Shown: positions 63,170 to 64,000 of the stretch, in pieces | Position numbering within the stretch: position 1 is the stretch's first letter | How the letters are laid out: every line of letters starts with the position of its first letter | From: Octopus bimaculoides | Lineage: Eukaryota | DNA length: 64,000 nucleotides | Assembly (NCBI RefSeq): GCF_001194135.2 | Contig: NC_068986.1 | Span: 38,400,605 to 38,464,604, forward strand | Reading direction: 5' to 3' | Notes under the pieces: generated by a model | What the model was told of the DNA's origin: nothing | Database searches by the model: none | The model's input: the letters and a program-made list of their open reading frames with translations, nothing else | Position numbers and translations under genes: made by a program

Positions 63170-63442
63170 TATATGTGCCAGGTCTGCCTGACTGGCTCCG
63201 ATGCCGGTGGCACATAAAAACACACCATCTGAACGTGATCAATGCTAGTGGTACATAAAAAGCACCCACTACACTCTCAGAGTGGTTGGCATTATGAAAG
63301 GCATCCAGCTGTAGAAACATTGCCACATCAGATTGGACCCTGGTGCAGCCACTGGCTTTCCAGACCTCAGTCAAACCATCCAACCCATGCCAGCATGGAA
63401 AACAGACGTTAAACGATGATGATGATGATGATGATGATGATG

Positions 63443-63445
<3 letters not shown>
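63170..63445 (+). mobile_element. RTE 3' UTR and tail
   Basis: ggcatccagctgtagaaac...atggaaaacagacgttaaacgatgatgat. Confidence 0.85.
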
Positions 63446-63495
<50 letters not shown>

Positions 63496-63799
63496 TAGAT
63501 ATACATAACTATGTGTATGTCTTTGTATTTGTCCTCCGTTCCCACTTAACAACTAGAGTTGGTTTGTTTACATCCTCATCATTTAGTGGTTCAGTAAAAA
63601 AGACTGTAAGAACAACCACCATGCTTAAAACAAAAAGGTGCTGTGATTGATTTGCTTGTCTAAACCCTTCAAGGCAGTACTCCAGCATGACTGCAGTCTT
63701 GTGGCTGAAATAATCCAAAGATTAAATTACTTCATGATTTTGTGCCCCATGTTATCAAAAATTTATATTGTTTCGCTGCTCTCCGTTTTAAATTCTTAC

Positions 63800-63843
63800 C
63801 TACGGACAATTTTACTTTTTGGTCTCCTGAGATCAGCATCATC
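63800..63843 (-). CDS. Candidate coding exon (DDADLRRPKSKIVR-R/S)
   Basis: Minus strand: tatttccctttttaatcctgaag acceptor and consensus TAG|GTAAGA donor; 44 nt open in unique sequence. Confidence 0.35.
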
Positions 63844-63962
63844 CTTCAGGATTAAAAAGGGAAATACCAGAGATATATCATAGATTGTGAAATGATTCAG
63901 TTGACTAAATAGACCTATCCTCCCTTTACAAAAGTAGCCTTGTGTTGGGCTTAATCACATGT

Positions 63963-64000
<38 letters not shown>

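Larger units (their letters stand above)
62645..63715 (+). mobile_element. SINE family B split by two insertions in its microsatellite core
   Basis: 5' half at 62645-62800 and 3' half at 63490-63715. Confidence 0.7.

Noticed and set aside
1-64000. CRISPR arrays, rRNA genes, prokaryotic operons or defence systems
   Set aside because: No constant-repeat/unique-spacer arrays, rRNA similarity or dense ORFs; the sequence is eukaryotic non-coding DNA

Overview
AT-rich, repeat-dense animal genomic DNA from a draft assembly, with N gaps at about 8594-8603, 11755-11764, 16023-16141, 20296-20477, 25948-26769, 28866-29634, 30435-31270, 32190-32306, 46616-47312, 51415-51424 and 60550-60559. The SINE, RTE and microsatellite landscape looks like octopus (coleoid cephalopod); this is an inference from repeat recognition. 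The window is essentially intronic or intergenic. There is no intact long gene, only a few short splice-bounded candidate exons that I could not assign to a named gene. Most of the sequence is mobile-element debris: three tRNA-derived SINE families (labelled A, B, C here), RTE LINE fragments and tails, RLE-type (R4/Dong-like) LINE 3' ends, a Penelope-like RT fragment, Tc1, mariner and DD37D transposase relics, and hAT-like and piggyBac-like MITEs with visible target-site duplications. The most notable observation is a set of type I hammerhead ribozyme motifs. Two have intact catalytic cores and lie 405 nt apart in a tandem direct repeat at 52553-53181 (retrozyme or Penelope pseudo-LTR architecture); degenerate relics of other families lie at 22842-22890 and 28760-28795. 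Several foldback (inverted-repeat) structures also occur, often next to (TA)n tracts. All alignments and folds were done by eye, and element boundaries are approximate unless a TSD is quoted.
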